Below the pieces are notes generated by a model. The model was not told the DNA's origin. It ran no database searches and worked only from the letters and a program-made list of their open reading frames with translations. From the IMG/VR virus record IMGVR_UViG_3300032373_000067, positions 1 to 35,140 of that record: a DNA stretch of 35,140 bases, one strand, 5' to 3'. The position numbers and the translations under genes were made by a program. Of this stretch, positions 1-8,515 are shown in pieces (the stretch's first letter is position 1; every line of letters begins with the position of its first letter). The stretch comes from a virus (Duplodnaviria; Caudoviricetes).

Positions 1-93
1 AAGATTATTATAGAAAAAAAACATTAAGAGAGTAAATTGCCTGGACGCTCAAAAATCATCATATAGTGCTATTTATAAAGCATTGATGTAAAT
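1..93 (+). repeat. Terminal direct repeat, left copy (assembly circularisation overlap)
   Basis: 1-93 is identical to 35048-35140 and contains the end of the last ORF. Confidence 0.95.
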
Positions 94-108
94 ATTTATT
101 CACTTTTA

Positions 109-140
109 TTTGGTGGTTTGTAATATTATGTTTACATTTG
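109..140 (+). promoter_or_regulatory. Bacteroidota-type sigma70 promoter (-33 TTTG / -7 TAnnTTTG)
   Basis: TTTG at 109-112 and TACATTTG at 133-140, upstream of ORF 170. Confidence 0.6.
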
Positions 141-169
141 AATATAGTTAATAACTAAACATTTGAATT

Positions 170-481
170 ATGAGAACTTTTAAATTAAAAACACCAATAA
201 CTTATGATGAATTTATGAAATATTGGTCATTAACAAAATTACCAAAAGTGGTGAATTTGATTTTACAGGATGGTAATAAAAAAAACAATAGCATTCCAAA
301 ATATATTGCTTTCGATAAAAATGGAATAATGTTTGGAGGTGGAGGAAAATCTAAGAAAAAAGCAAGAAAAGAAGCTTTGCATGGACTGAATAGAGATTAT
401 TTCTTTTCTCACATGGTTAACGGAAAAGGAGATGATGAAAAATGTGAGTATATAAAAAAATTATACAATGAATTGGCATAG
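170..481 (+). CDS. Hypothetical phage protein
   Basis: 103 aa ORF downstream of a promoter, overlapping the next ORF. Confidence 0.7.
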   Translation: MRTFKLKTPITYDEFMKYWSLTKLPKVVNLILQDGNKKNNSIPKYIAFDKNGIMFGGGGKSKKKARKEALHGLNRDYFFSHMVNGKGDDEKCEYIKKLYNELA

Positions 482-1016
482 TAGATACAAAAAATTATTG
501 CGAGGTTTAGCAAAATTAGACCTCGCAAAAAATGGAGGAAAATTTGGAAACAAAGAAGTTGCTGAAATAATTGGAAATACTCCAGATAGTGTTAAAAGCA
601 CAACCCAACCAAATAAGGATTTTCCAAGATGGGCAAAGCTTTCGATTGTGATATATGAGTCTTTGATAAAAAAGGCTCGTAAAGAAGAGGGTAATGAGGT
701 TTATGCTCTGTTAGGCACTGTGACGGATTATTATGATAAAGCTGAAAAAACAGCATCAGAAGTAGTCGAAAAAATGGCTCGTCAAATATTACGAGAACAT
801 ACTGAACTTGACAAGTTTGTAATGGCGATGGGTACATACTTCTTTGTAGATGAAAATGACAACAACATAGATACATTTCGCTCTATTGTAAGTGGTGATT
901 TAGAAAAGGCATTTGAGCCATTGAATACCTTTATCGGTGAATGGGATGATGTTTTGAAAATTACTGGTGAGGCAATGACTTTTACAGCAGATGGTATTAA
1001 GGTTACTGAATGGTAG
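468..1016 (+). CDS. Hypothetical protein: HTH-like N-terminus fused to a cassette-borne C-terminal domain
   Basis: NKEVAEIIGNTPDSVKS resembles an HTH. The internal GTTAGGCAC (710) pairs with GTGCCTAAC (1022-1030). Confidence 0.65.
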   Translation: MNWHSRYKKLLRGLAKLDLAKNGGKFGNKEVAEIIGNTPDSVKSTTQPNKDFPRWAKLSIVIYESLIKKARKEEGNEVYALLGTVTDYYDKAEKTASEVVEKMARQILREHTELDKFVMAMGTYFFVDENDNNIDTFRSIVSGDLEKAFEPLNTFIGEWDDVLKITGEAMTFTADGIKVTEW

Positions 1017-1030
1017 CCATTGTGCCTAAC
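710..1030 (+). mobile_element. attC-like cassette body (GTTAGGCAC...GTGCCTAAC)
   Basis: Perfect 9-bp inverted core pair, followed by AAACAAAATAAAGAAAC. Confidence 0.65.
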
Positions 1031-1087
1031 AAACAAAATAAAGAAACACCGATTAAAAATTAATTAAAATAACTAAAAAAAATAATC

Positions 1088-1288
1088 ATGACAAGTAATG
1101 AATCTAAACAAATATCAGACTTAATTTGGAGTAAACTATTCTCTAAAAAAGTTATTGATATGACTAAACAAGAAGAGTTAAACGCTATTGAAAGCGTGAT
1201 AATAAGAGTAGCTCAAGAACAACGCGCAGTAGGTAGAAAACAAATACTAAACCACTTTGAAGAAGAAGTAAAAAATTTGCGAGACTAA
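1088..1288 (+). CDS. Hypothetical protein
   Basis: 66 aa ORF with an A-rich leader. Confidence 0.65.
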   Translation: MTSNESKQISDLIWSKLFSKKVIDMTKQEELNAIESVIIRVAQEQRAVGRKQILNHFEEEVKNLRD

Positions 1289-1368
1289 TGCACTACAACG
1301 CATTCGGGCATAATTAGTATTGGATTAATAAATCAAGAAACCCTATCAAATAACTAAAAAAGTAAATT

Positions 1369-1515
1369 ATGGACTTTAAAAAATTTGAATTAACAGAATC
1401 AGAAATAAATAAGCAATGTCGTATGAATTTGACACAAGCATACGCAAAAATAGACGAAGAAAATAAAATTGATAGAGAAATAAAAGAAATGTTGAGAGGT
1501 GACGAATTTGAATAA
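1369..1515 (+). CDS. Small hypothetical protein (48 aa, MDFKKFEL...)
   Basis: Translated by hand; below the ORF-track cutoff; follows the repeated leader. Confidence 0.6.
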   Translation: MDFKKFELTESEINKQCRMNLTQAYAKIDEENKIDREIKEMLRGDEFE

Positions 1516-1564
1516 TTTTTATTAATTATATATAGTTTTAGCAAACTTTTAAAAATTAGAAAAA

Positions 1565-1732
1565 ATGAACAAAATAAATCAAGTAATAAACGACAAAGAA
1601 TCATTACATAACCGTATAGATAAACGACTTACTTTAAAACTTAAACAGCAAAAAACAGAAGGTAAAAAGTTTATTACTGACGATAAAATAGATAAATTAA
1701 TAGACCAATGTATAGAAGAAGAACTGAACTAA
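1565..1732 (+). CDS. Small hypothetical protein (55 aa, MNKINQVI...)
   Basis: Translated by hand; ends just before TTGTTGCTAAC. Confidence 0.6.
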   Translation: MNKINQVINDKESLHNRIDKRLTLKLKQQKTEGKKFITDDKIDKLIDQCIEEELN

Positions 1733-1798
1733 TTTTTTATTGTTGCTAACAAACAAAATCAAGAAACCCTATCAAATAACTAAAAACCTAAAACAAAG

Positions 1799-1996
1799 AT
1801 GAAATACACAGGAAAATTTGACTCAATAGAGGCAACAGAAGAAGAAAGACTCGATCAAGAGATGGAGCAAGAAATCGAAGATCAAAGAAAGCATTTGAAA
1901 AAATACATTTCTAATTTAGAAAATTTACTCGGAAGAAAAAGAGCTAACGAGGTTTTTAGAAATATAATATACACATTAACTGAAAACATTAAGTAA
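1799..1996 (+). CDS. Hypothetical protein
   Basis: 65 aa ORF following the repeated leader. Confidence 0.65.
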   Translation: MKYTGKFDSIEATEEERLDQEMEQEIEDQRKHLKKYISNLENLLGRKRANEVFRNIIYTLTENIK

Positions 1997-2056
1997 ACGG
2001 AGTGCTAGGGTTGGAAGCCTTTAATTGTTATCAAACAAAATTTAAACAAAGATAAA

Positions 2057-2206
2057 ATGATACGATCAAGATTAGAACCAAAGCTATTCACATTTGAATA
2101 CTTTAAAAACGGAATTAAGAAAAGAACATCAGTTATATCATATTCTTTAAGAGAAGCAAGAGAATATTTCGAGACGATATACACTAATAATTACAAACTA
2201 ATTTAA
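2057..2206 (+). CDS. Small hypothetical protein (49 aa, MIRSRLEP...)
   Basis: Translated by hand; the stop is followed by TCTGTA. Confidence 0.55.
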   Translation: MIRSRLEPKLFTFEYFKNGIKKRTSVISYSLREAREYFETIYTNNYKLI

Positions 2207-2232
2207 TCTGTAATTAAAATAACAACAACGAT

Positions 2233-2508
2233 ATGAACGGACTAGAATTAATCGCAAAAGAGCGACAAGAACAAATTGAAAAACACGGTAGAACCGTTGA
2301 ACAAGACAAAGAGCTAAATCATCAACACCAATTATCTGAAGCTGCTGCATATTTAGCTTGGTATTTTATAGAGGAAGCTGATTGTAGGCACGAAGCTCCT
2401 GAAGGTTGGAATTTGGAAGTATGGCAAAAGATGCATGATAAGCCTTATGAAGAGAGATTAGTTTTAGCTGGAGCTTTAATTGCTGCTGAATTAGATCGTA
2501 TTAACTAA
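2233..2508 (+). CDS. Phage hypothetical protein (ERQEQIEKHG...AGALIAAELDR type)
   Basis: Motif pattern I recall from small phage accessory proteins; not searched. Confidence 0.8.
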   Translation: MNGLELIAKERQEQIEKHGRTVEQDKELNHQHQLSEAAAYLAWYFIEEADCRHEAPEGWNLEVWQKMHDKPYEERLVLAGALIAAELDRIN

Positions 2509-2518
2509 CCTGTAATCT

Positions 2519-2746
2519 ATGAACTACAAAGAAATACTTACAACACCTACTGAAGAACTTTTAGAAAAGAAATCTTCATTAGAAAATGAATATGAAGCAA
2601 TAGAGCATACTGTTTCAAAGATTGATGCTGAGATTTTTTACAGAAAAAATCCAGAATGTAGACCGAAACCAAATTACTGTTCGGTTTGTGGAGAAGGCGA
2701 TGATTTGCCTCAAGTAAAATGTGCAAAAGAGGATTGTCCTCATTAA
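2519..2746 (+). CDS. Hypothetical protein with Cys-rich C-terminus
   Basis: CSVC...C...CP, a possible zinc finger. Confidence 0.65.
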   Translation: MNYKEILTTPTEELLEKKSSLENEYEAIEHTVSKIDAEIFYRKNPECRPKPNYCSVCGEGDDLPQVKCAKEDCPH

Positions 2747-2771
2747 CTGTACTAATCGAAAAATCAAGAAA

Positions 2772-2999
2772 ATGACAAATAGAGACAAAATAAATGTGTT
2801 TGCCGCCAATTTATCAGAAACAGGTAAGTCTTCAATGGCAAGTGGATTAATCAAAATGTATGATGATTTAATTTTAGAGGCATCAAAATTAAACACACGT
2901 TTAAATGAAGGAAGAAACTATTTAATGCAAGTGGAGCCGTGCGACATAAGTGTTGAAAATGCTCTAATGGCGTTTGGCTGGAAATCAGACGGATATTAA
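2772..2999 (+). CDS. Hypothetical protein (start moved to ATG 2772)
   Basis: The in-frame ATG after an A-rich leader avoids overlap with the previous gene. Confidence 0.65.
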   Translation: MTNRDKINVFAANLSETGKSSMASGLIKMYDDLILEASKLNTRLNEGRNYLMQVEPCDISVENALMAFGWKSDGY

Positions 3000-3009
3000 T
3001 ACTGTTAGT

Positions 3010-3105
3010 ATGAACGAAGAGCAATTAAAACAATACATAGATCAATTATTCCATAATATGGGATTAGATCAGTTAACAAACGAAGAACTTAATAATCTGT
3101 ACTAA
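3010..3105 (+). CDS. 31-aa mini-protein, copy 1 (MNEEQLKQYIDQLFHNMGLDQLTNEELNNLY)
   Basis: Paralog at 3777 with the reading frame conserved. Confidence 0.6.
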   Translation: MNEEQLKQYIDQLFHNMGLDQLTNEELNNLY

Positions 3106-3115
3106 ACCTAATATC

Positions 3116-3292
3116 ATGGAAAAACAACAAATCAAGAAGAAGAGCTCAATTTTAATTGAAGTAGTCGACAATGGATTTATAGTAAAAGAAGATTATCAGG
3201 TAAATTTTAGAGAATCACCTGAAAGATCACATAAATCTAAAGTGTTTCAAACGAAGAAATCGTTAAATAACTATATAAACGAAAACCTTTAA
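3116..3292 (+). CDS. Small hypothetical protein (58 aa, MEKQQIKK...)
   Basis: Translated by hand; the stop is followed by TTCTGTA. Confidence 0.6.
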   Translation: MEKQQIKKKSSILIEVVDNGFIVKEDYQVNFRESPERSHKSKVFQTKKSLNNYINENL

Positions 3293-3305
3293 TTCTGTAG
3301 AAATC

Positions 3306-3518
3306 ATGTTTATAGGAAAAAAGAAAATAAAGGAGATTTCTAAACAATCATTCATTCATGAAGTGATTGAAGAAATACTTCCACCGGAAGAAAGCGAGTT
3401 TTTAAATAGCGTTCCGGAAACTTGGCAAACTCATGAAAAACTGATTTATGATTTGCTCTCTGAATTAGAACATAAATACCGAGTTGGAACAATGGAAATT
3501 ATTAATCGCAAAAAGTAA
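3306..3518 (+). CDS. Hypothetical protein
   Basis: 70 aa ORF; the stop is followed by CTGTA. Confidence 0.65.
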   Translation: MFIGKKKIKEISKQSFIHEVIEEILPPEESEFLNSVPETWQTHEKLIYDLLSELEHKYRVGTMEIINRKK

Positions 3519-3553
3519 CTGTAGGTTGAATCCTACATAAAAACAACAAAACG

Positions 3554-3775
3554 ATGAGCAAAGTAAAAGTAAGAATTAAAGCAAAACAAATCATTAGTCA
3601 TTCCAAAACGATTGAAATGGATCAAGATGATTTTGAAAAAATTAAAGATTTAGACTACGATGATATTTCAACGCTTGATTGGGAAAAGTACGAAGTTTTA
3701 GAAAGACACGTCGACCATAGCGAAGGAGCTTTAGAAGATGAGTATCAAGAAGTAATCGTAACTAAATTAGAGTAG
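3554..3775 (+). CDS. Acidic hypothetical protein
   Basis: 73 aa ORF. Its leader AACAACAAAACGATG resembles that of ORF 2233. Confidence 0.7.
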   Translation: MSKVKVRIKAKQIISHSKTIEMDQDDFEKIKDLDYDDISTLDWEKYEVLERHVDHSEGALEDEYQEVIVTKLE

Positions 3776-3776
3776 T

Positions 3777-3869
3777 ATGAGCGAAGATCAATTACAACAA
3801 TACATAGATCTATTATTCCACAACATGGGATTAGATCAATTAACAACCGAAGAACTAAATAATCTGTAG
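3777..3869 (+). CDS. 30-aa mini-protein, copy 2 (MSEDQLQQYIDLLFHNMGLDQLTTEELNNL)
   Basis: Paralog of 3010..3105. Confidence 0.6.
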   Translation: MSEDQLQQYIDLLFHNMGLDQLTTEELNNL

Positions 3870-3872
3870 GAT

Positions 3873-4106
3873 TTGAAAAGGACAGTAATTATCAAATATG
3901 AGCATTTCACAGGTCATAAAGGGTTAATTCCAAAAGGTTTTTGGACTGCTTTTTTCGAAGATGATGGTGAAGGATATGATTACAATCCTAAATCAAAACT
4001 TATTAAGAGCTGTGAGGAAGATGGTTATAATTACAAAGTAATTAGACAACACCAAGACGGATCAACAAGTATAGTAGAAACTAATATTAGCACACAAAAA
4101 CAGTAG
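3873..4106 (+). CDS. Hypothetical protein
   Basis: 77 aa ORF with a TTG start. Confidence 0.55.
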   Translation: MKRTVIIKYEHFTGHKGLIPKGFWTAFFEDDGEGYDYNPKSKLIKSCEEDGYNYKVIRQHQDGSTSIVETNISTQKQ

Positions 4107-4344
4107 CTATCTCAATACACTATTTAATAATAAATATAATTTTCGTAACTTTGATAAAATAGAATGGAAGCGAAAGAATTAAGAATAACCTAGTAATATA
4201 AATGATTATATTTAGTTAGTAAAACAATATGTAAAAAATGGCGGTTGTATTCACTTTAGTTCTTTATGGTTGTGAATGGACGAACAGGCTGCACCAAAAG
4301 TTGGCGAAGAACGCGCATATTGAAACCATTAACTAAATATTATG

Positions 4345-4352
4345 TAACTTTG
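4345..4352 (+). promoter_or_regulatory. -7 promoter box TAACTTTG upstream of the terminase genes
   Basis: Matches TAnnTTTG. A second copy lies at 4146-4153. Confidence 0.5.
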
Positions 4353-4402
4353 AATAACTATAAAGTAAAACTATAGTTTGAATAAACAATATTATTTCAA
4401 TT

Positions 4403-4729
4403 ATGAGTGGAGACGGTAGGCAAAACAATGGAGGTGCAAGAAAAGGAGCAGGAAGGAAATCTAAAGCTAGTGAAGAAAAGGTTAGAAGATTAGGGATAAA
4501 AGCAATAGAATCTGTTTATGGTTCTGTAGAGAACTATTATAAACACATAGCTAAAGAGAGTAAACAAAGCTTTCCGCATTTAAAATTATTACAAGAGTAC
4601 GTTTTTGGCAAGCCTAAAGAAACTGTTGTGATAGAAGATGAAAGCAACGAAGATTTTGATTACTCTAAATTATCAAACGAAACATTAAAAGAATTAGCAT
4701 CACTTGAACCTGAATCCGAACAAAGCTAG
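4403..4729 (+). CDS. terS: Terminase small subunit (putative)
   Basis: GGARKGAGRK N-terminal motif; overlaps the start of the large terminase. Confidence 0.7.
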   Translation: MSGDGRQNNGGARKGAGRKSKASEEKVRRLGIKAIESVYGSVENYYKHIAKESKQSFPHLKLLQEYVFGKPKETVVIEDESNEDFDYSKLSNETLKELASLEPESEQS

Positions 4730-6107
4730 AGCAGAATTATGTAAAAGAGATTTCTTTTATTTTGTGCAGGAGTTTTGGAGCGTTATAATACCTGAAGACC
4801 CTATTTATAATTGGCATATAGAGTATCTATGTAAAGAGCTTCAAGAAATAGTAGAACGAGTATCCAGAAGAGAAGATAAGCTTTATGATTTAGTAATAAA
4901 TATACCGCCTGGAACTTCAAAAAGTACGATTGTCACAGTTATGTTACCAGCATGGAGTTGGACTATCGATCCTAGAATTAGAAATCTTACCGCATCTTAT
5001 TCGGCTTCATTATCAACAGACCATGCGATGAAGTCTAGGGATATAATAAGAAGTGATAAGTATTCTTTATATTTTCCTAATTTAACCATTAAAAAAGACC
5101 AAGATAATAAAACTCATTATAAAAATGAGTTTGGAGGGGAGCGTTATGCTACAAGTGTAACTGGAACTGTTACAGGATTTCATGCTCATTTGATAATCGT
5201 TGATGATCCATTAAACCCTAAAGGAGCGAGTAGTGAGGCAGACAGGTTAACAGCTAATAATTTTATGGATATAACGCTTTCTACTAGAAAGGTATCTAAG
5301 AGCGTTACACCGACTATATTAGTGATGCAAAGGCTACACCAAAAAGATTGTACAGGTAACTGGCTGGATAAGGAAGGGAAGAACATTAAGCATATTTGCC
5401 TACCTGGAGAAATATCAAACGATGTTAAGCCTATAGAGTTGAGAGATAAATATGTTAACGGACTACTTGATATAAATAGACTTAACAGTAATGATTTAAC
5501 AGAACTTAAAGTAAATTTAGGTAGTTATGGGTATGCTGGTCAAATAATGCAAATCCCAAGCCCTTTAGATGGCGGGATATGGCAAAAATGGATTAAACCA
5601 ATAGATGATAAAGAGTTAGATGCTTTATTGCCTGATTTGTTAAGCCTTGGTAGTGATTGGGATTTAGCATATACAGAAAAAGAAAGCAATTCAGCAAGTG
5701 CATATATTACTGCTGGCAAGTTAGATAATAAGATGTATATTGATGCATTAGGTTATGATTGGATGGAGTTTCCTAAATTAATAACTTACATGAAGTCTAG
5801 GAAAGCACCTCACTACATAGAAGCAAAGGCAAGTGGGAAAAGTGCTAAACAAACATTATCAAATCAAGGCATTCCAGCAATAGAGGTAAATGTAACGGGT
5901 GGAGACAAAGAGGCTAGAGCCAACATGGTTACTCCTTATGCAGAAAGCGGAGTAATATATTGTAGAGCTTCTATTTTAGATAAACTTTATTATGATACTA
6001 GACAGGGGATACTAATTTTCCCTAATGGAGAGGGAGATGATTTACAGGATGCTTTAGTTCAGTCTATAAGTAGATTACTTGGTAATCCAGAAGTCTTTTT
6101 CTTCTAA
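4704..6107 (+). CDS. terL: Terminase large subunit
   Basis: Walker A INIPPGTSKS, Walker B LIIVDDP, MQRLH motif, and nuclease acidic motifs DWDLA and DDLQDAL. Confidence 0.92.
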   Translation: MNLNPNKARAELCKRDFFYFVQEFWSVIIPEDPIYNWHIEYLCKELQEIVERVSRREDKLYDLVINIPPGTSKSTIVTVMLPAWSWTIDPRIRNLTASYSASLSTDHAMKSRDIIRSDKYSLYFPNLTIKKDQDNKTHYKNEFGGERYATSVTGTVTGFHAHLIIVDDPLNPKGASSEADRLTANNFMDITLSTRKVSKSVTPTILVMQRLHQKDCTGNWLDKEGKNIKHICLPGEISNDVKPIELRDKYVNGLLDINRLNSNDLTELKVNLGSYGYAGQIMQIPSPLDGGIWQKWIKPIDDKELDALLPDLLSLGSDWDLAYTEKESNSASAYITAGKLDNKMYIDALGYDWMEFPKLITYMKSRKAPHYIEAKASGKSAKQTLSNQGIPAIEVNVTGGDKEARANMVTPYAESGVIYCRASILDKLYYDTRQGILIFPNGEGDDLQDALVQSISRLLGNPEVFFF

Positions 6108-6158
6108 CTACCTAATTATAAGTTTTTTTTATTACTTTTGATTATTATATAAACTTTA

Positions 6159-7541
6159 TTGATAATGAGATTAAGGGAAAGGATTAGGTTAGCTGCTGGC
6201 GCATTTTTTGGTAATAAATTTAATCAGGCTTTCTTTAAGTTAATTGGCGGTGGACTTACAAGTTATGACGATAATCAGAAAACTTATATTGATAAAGGTT
6301 ACAATCTTAATCCTTTTGTTTACTCAGTTGTTAATCAAATAGCAACCAAAGCAGGATCTATTCCGTTTTACATTAAAGAAATTGAGGATGCTAAGTCTAA
6401 ATCAAAGATTGACAACTTAATCAAAGCCTCGAATCATGACCTTTCACCGCAACAATACCTAAAAAAACTTACTTTAGAAAACAAGGCATACGCTAATGAT
6501 TATAAAGACTTACCATTAGAACGACCAAACCCTTTCCAAACATGGTTTGAGTTTATTTCTTTATTTGAAACATTTATAAAATGTACGGGTAATATATATA
6601 TATACTTATTATCTCCAGAAGAAGGAGTTAATGCAGGAAAACCGATAGCATGGTATTTATTACCTAGTCATTTGATGCAAATAGTATTAAAGACTGATGT
6701 TAATATGATTGGTATTGAAAGCCCAATAGACCACTATATTTTAACTGAAGGTAATCAATACACTAAATTTGATTTTAAAGATGTAGTGCATATAAAGTAC
6801 TCTAACCCTAACTACGACCAACAAGGTTCGCATTTATACGGTCAGTCTCCATTAAGAGCAAATTTAAGAAATATACAATCCAGTAATGAATCGATTGATT
6901 TAAACATTAAAACATTGCAAAGCGGTGGAGCGTTCGGTTTAATACACTCTAAAGGACAAAATGCTCTTACAGATACACAAGCGAAAGCACTTAAAGAAAG
7001 GCTTAAAGAAATGGACAACGATCCTAGCAGGTTGGCTAAACTTACAGGAGTGTCAGCGGAAATAGGATTTACTAGATTATCATTAACAAGTGACGAGCTT
7101 AAACCGTTTGATTACCTTAGTTTTGACCTTAAACAGGTATGTAATGTCTTAGGTTGGGATGATAAGTTAATGAATAACGATGAGGGGGCAAAGTATGATA
7201 ATTATACATTAGCAGCTAAAAGAGTGCTACTAAACTCATTAATGCCTGATTTAAAACTACTAGAAGAGGCAATAAATAATGAAATACTACCAAGATATAA
7301 AGGTTATGACAAATCTTGCTGGATGTTTGATATATCAGACCTTCCAGAAATGCAACAAGATATGGTACAATTGGTTTCATGGGCAAAAGACATGGTGGAT
7401 AGGGGTGTTATAACTAGAAATGAGGCAAGACTATTACTTAAATTTATTATTAGTGAAGATTCTAACATGGATGAGTTCACAGTATCTAGTGATATAATGA
7501 CTTTAGAGCAATCTTTAGAAGATTTCCCAACAGTAGAGTAA
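6159..7541 (+). CDS. Portal protein (HK97-like)
   Basis: RPNP, GNIY, VVHIK and YGQSPL motifs; follows terL. Real start is probably ATG 6165. TACTTTTG box at 6133. Confidence 0.9.
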   Translation: MIMRLRERIRLAAGAFFGNKFNQAFFKLIGGGLTSYDDNQKTYIDKGYNLNPFVYSVVNQIATKAGSIPFYIKEIEDAKSKSKIDNLIKASNHDLSPQQYLKKLTLENKAYANDYKDLPLERPNPFQTWFEFISLFETFIKCTGNIYIYLLSPEEGVNAGKPIAWYLLPSHLMQIVLKTDVNMIGIESPIDHYILTEGNQYTKFDFKDVVHIKYSNPNYDQQGSHLYGQSPLRANLRNIQSSNESIDLNIKTLQSGGAFGLIHSKGQNALTDTQAKALKERLKEMDNDPSRLAKLTGVSAEIGFTRLSLTSDELKPFDYLSFDLKQVCNVLGWDDKLMNNDEGAKYDNYTLAAKRVLLNSLMPDLKLLEEAINNEILPRYKGYDKSCWMFDISDLPEMQQDMVQLVSWAKDMVDRGVITRNEARLLLKFIISEDSNMDEFTVSSDIMTLEQSLEDFPTVE

Positions 7542-7555
7542 ATAATTCAATAATT

Positions 7556-7705
7556 ATGAAGACATTTATAAAAAACATAAAACTACTTTTCACGAAAAAT
7601 TTATCAAAGGAAAAAACCTATACTTTTGAATCAAGTAAACAAGATATTTCAGGGATTTTAACTCGTACTTTAGACAGGAATAAAGGTTTAGGTGATAGAT
7701 TATAA
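7556..7705 (+). CDS. 49-aa protein resembling the tape measure C-terminus
   Basis: Hand translation MKTFIKNIKLLFTKNLSKEKTYTFESSKQDISGILTRTLDRNKGLGDRL; TAATG coupling to the next gene. Confidence 0.65.
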   Translation: MKTFIKNIKLLFTKNLSKEKTYTFESSKQDISGILTRTLDRNKGLGDRL

Positions 7706-8505
7706 TGATACGACAATTTAGAAAGCAATGGTTAAGATGGCATAAAAAATACGAAAGAACGGCATTTGTAATTTACCAAAGGTCTTTTAAAGATATCGCT
7801 AACGGTATTCCGTGGGAAAGAATGACATCTACTACTTACGAGGCTTTAATAAGCTTCTATGTTCCTAAAGAAAAAATAGATCAAGCCTATTACAAAGTTT
7901 ATAAAACTATCGGTTTAGTTCATGGTAAAAGAACAGGAACAAAAATAAACAAACAGATAAATCAAAAGAATTTCACGCTTGACACATTCATTAACCTATT
8001 TGAAAGAACGTTATTGACGTGGTTAATCGACAACGGAGGACAAAGAATAACTTCTGTCAGATCAACATATATAGAGTACTTAAATGAAATCATAGCTAGA
8101 GGCATAAGTGACGGCAAGAACATGAGTCAAATCGTTACAGAAATGCAAAAGCTTATAAATTCACGAAAGTTTTATAGAAACGATGCTTTTAGGATAGCAA
8201 GAACAGAAACAACTACAGCCGCTAATTATGCTGCTACTATGGCGTCAGAGTCAAGCGGCGTTGTTATGGATAAGGTTTGGATATCCGCTTTAGATGGCAG
8301 AACAAGAAGAAAGCCGCCAGATAGATACGATCATTACGATATGAATCAAAAAAAGGTAGGACTTAATAATTATTTTATTGTAAGTGGCGAGGAAATGCTA
8401 TACCCAGGAGACCCAAACGGAAGCGCGGGAAATGTAATAAACTGCCGATGTACCGTTGCTCAGGTTGCAAGAAGAGATTCAACTGGGCGTATTATTCGTA
8501 TATAG
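7705..8505 (+). CDS. Minor head morphogenesis protein (SPP1 gp7 / Mu gpF family)
   Basis: RIARTET, KVW...D.RTR, YPGDP and INCRC motifs. Confidence 0.9.
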   Translation: MIRQFRKQWLRWHKKYERTAFVIYQRSFKDIANGIPWERMTSTTYEALISFYVPKEKIDQAYYKVYKTIGLVHGKRTGTKINKQINQKNFTLDTFINLFERTLLTWLIDNGGQRITSVRSTYIEYLNEIIARGISDGKNMSQIVTEMQKLINSRKFYRNDAFRIARTETTTAANYAATMASESSGVVMDKVWISALDGRTRRKPPDRYDHYDMNQKKVGLNNYFIVSGEEMLYPGDPNGSAGNVINCRCTVAQVARRDSTGRIIRI

Positions 8506-8515
8506 TTCTTTTGAT

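Larger units (their letters stand above)
1330..1786 (+). repeat. 31-bp direct repeat AAATCAAGAAACCCTATCAAATAACTAAAAA (1330-1360, 1756-1786)
   Basis: Two exact copies, each upstream of a start codon. A partial third copy lies near 1026-1080. Confidence 0.9.

Noticed and set aside
1-93. 93-bp terminal repeat as a biological direct terminal repeat
   Set aside because: It cuts through the end of a gene and is best explained as an assembler overlap on a circular contig.
1605-1629. TACATAAC-CGTATAG-ATAAACGACT as a further terminal site
   Set aside because: It lies inside an intact 55-aa ORF with no GTTATGTA partner upstream; may be chance.
1026-3868. Repeats in the early region as a CRISPR array
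   Set aside because: Only two or three copies, separated by hundreds of bases of coding DNA; no regular spacers and no cas genes.
3006-3868. Duplicated ~96-nt segment as a DGR template/variable repeat pair
   Set aside because: No reverse transcriptase is present, and the differences include T/C and G/T changes rather than being confined to adenines.
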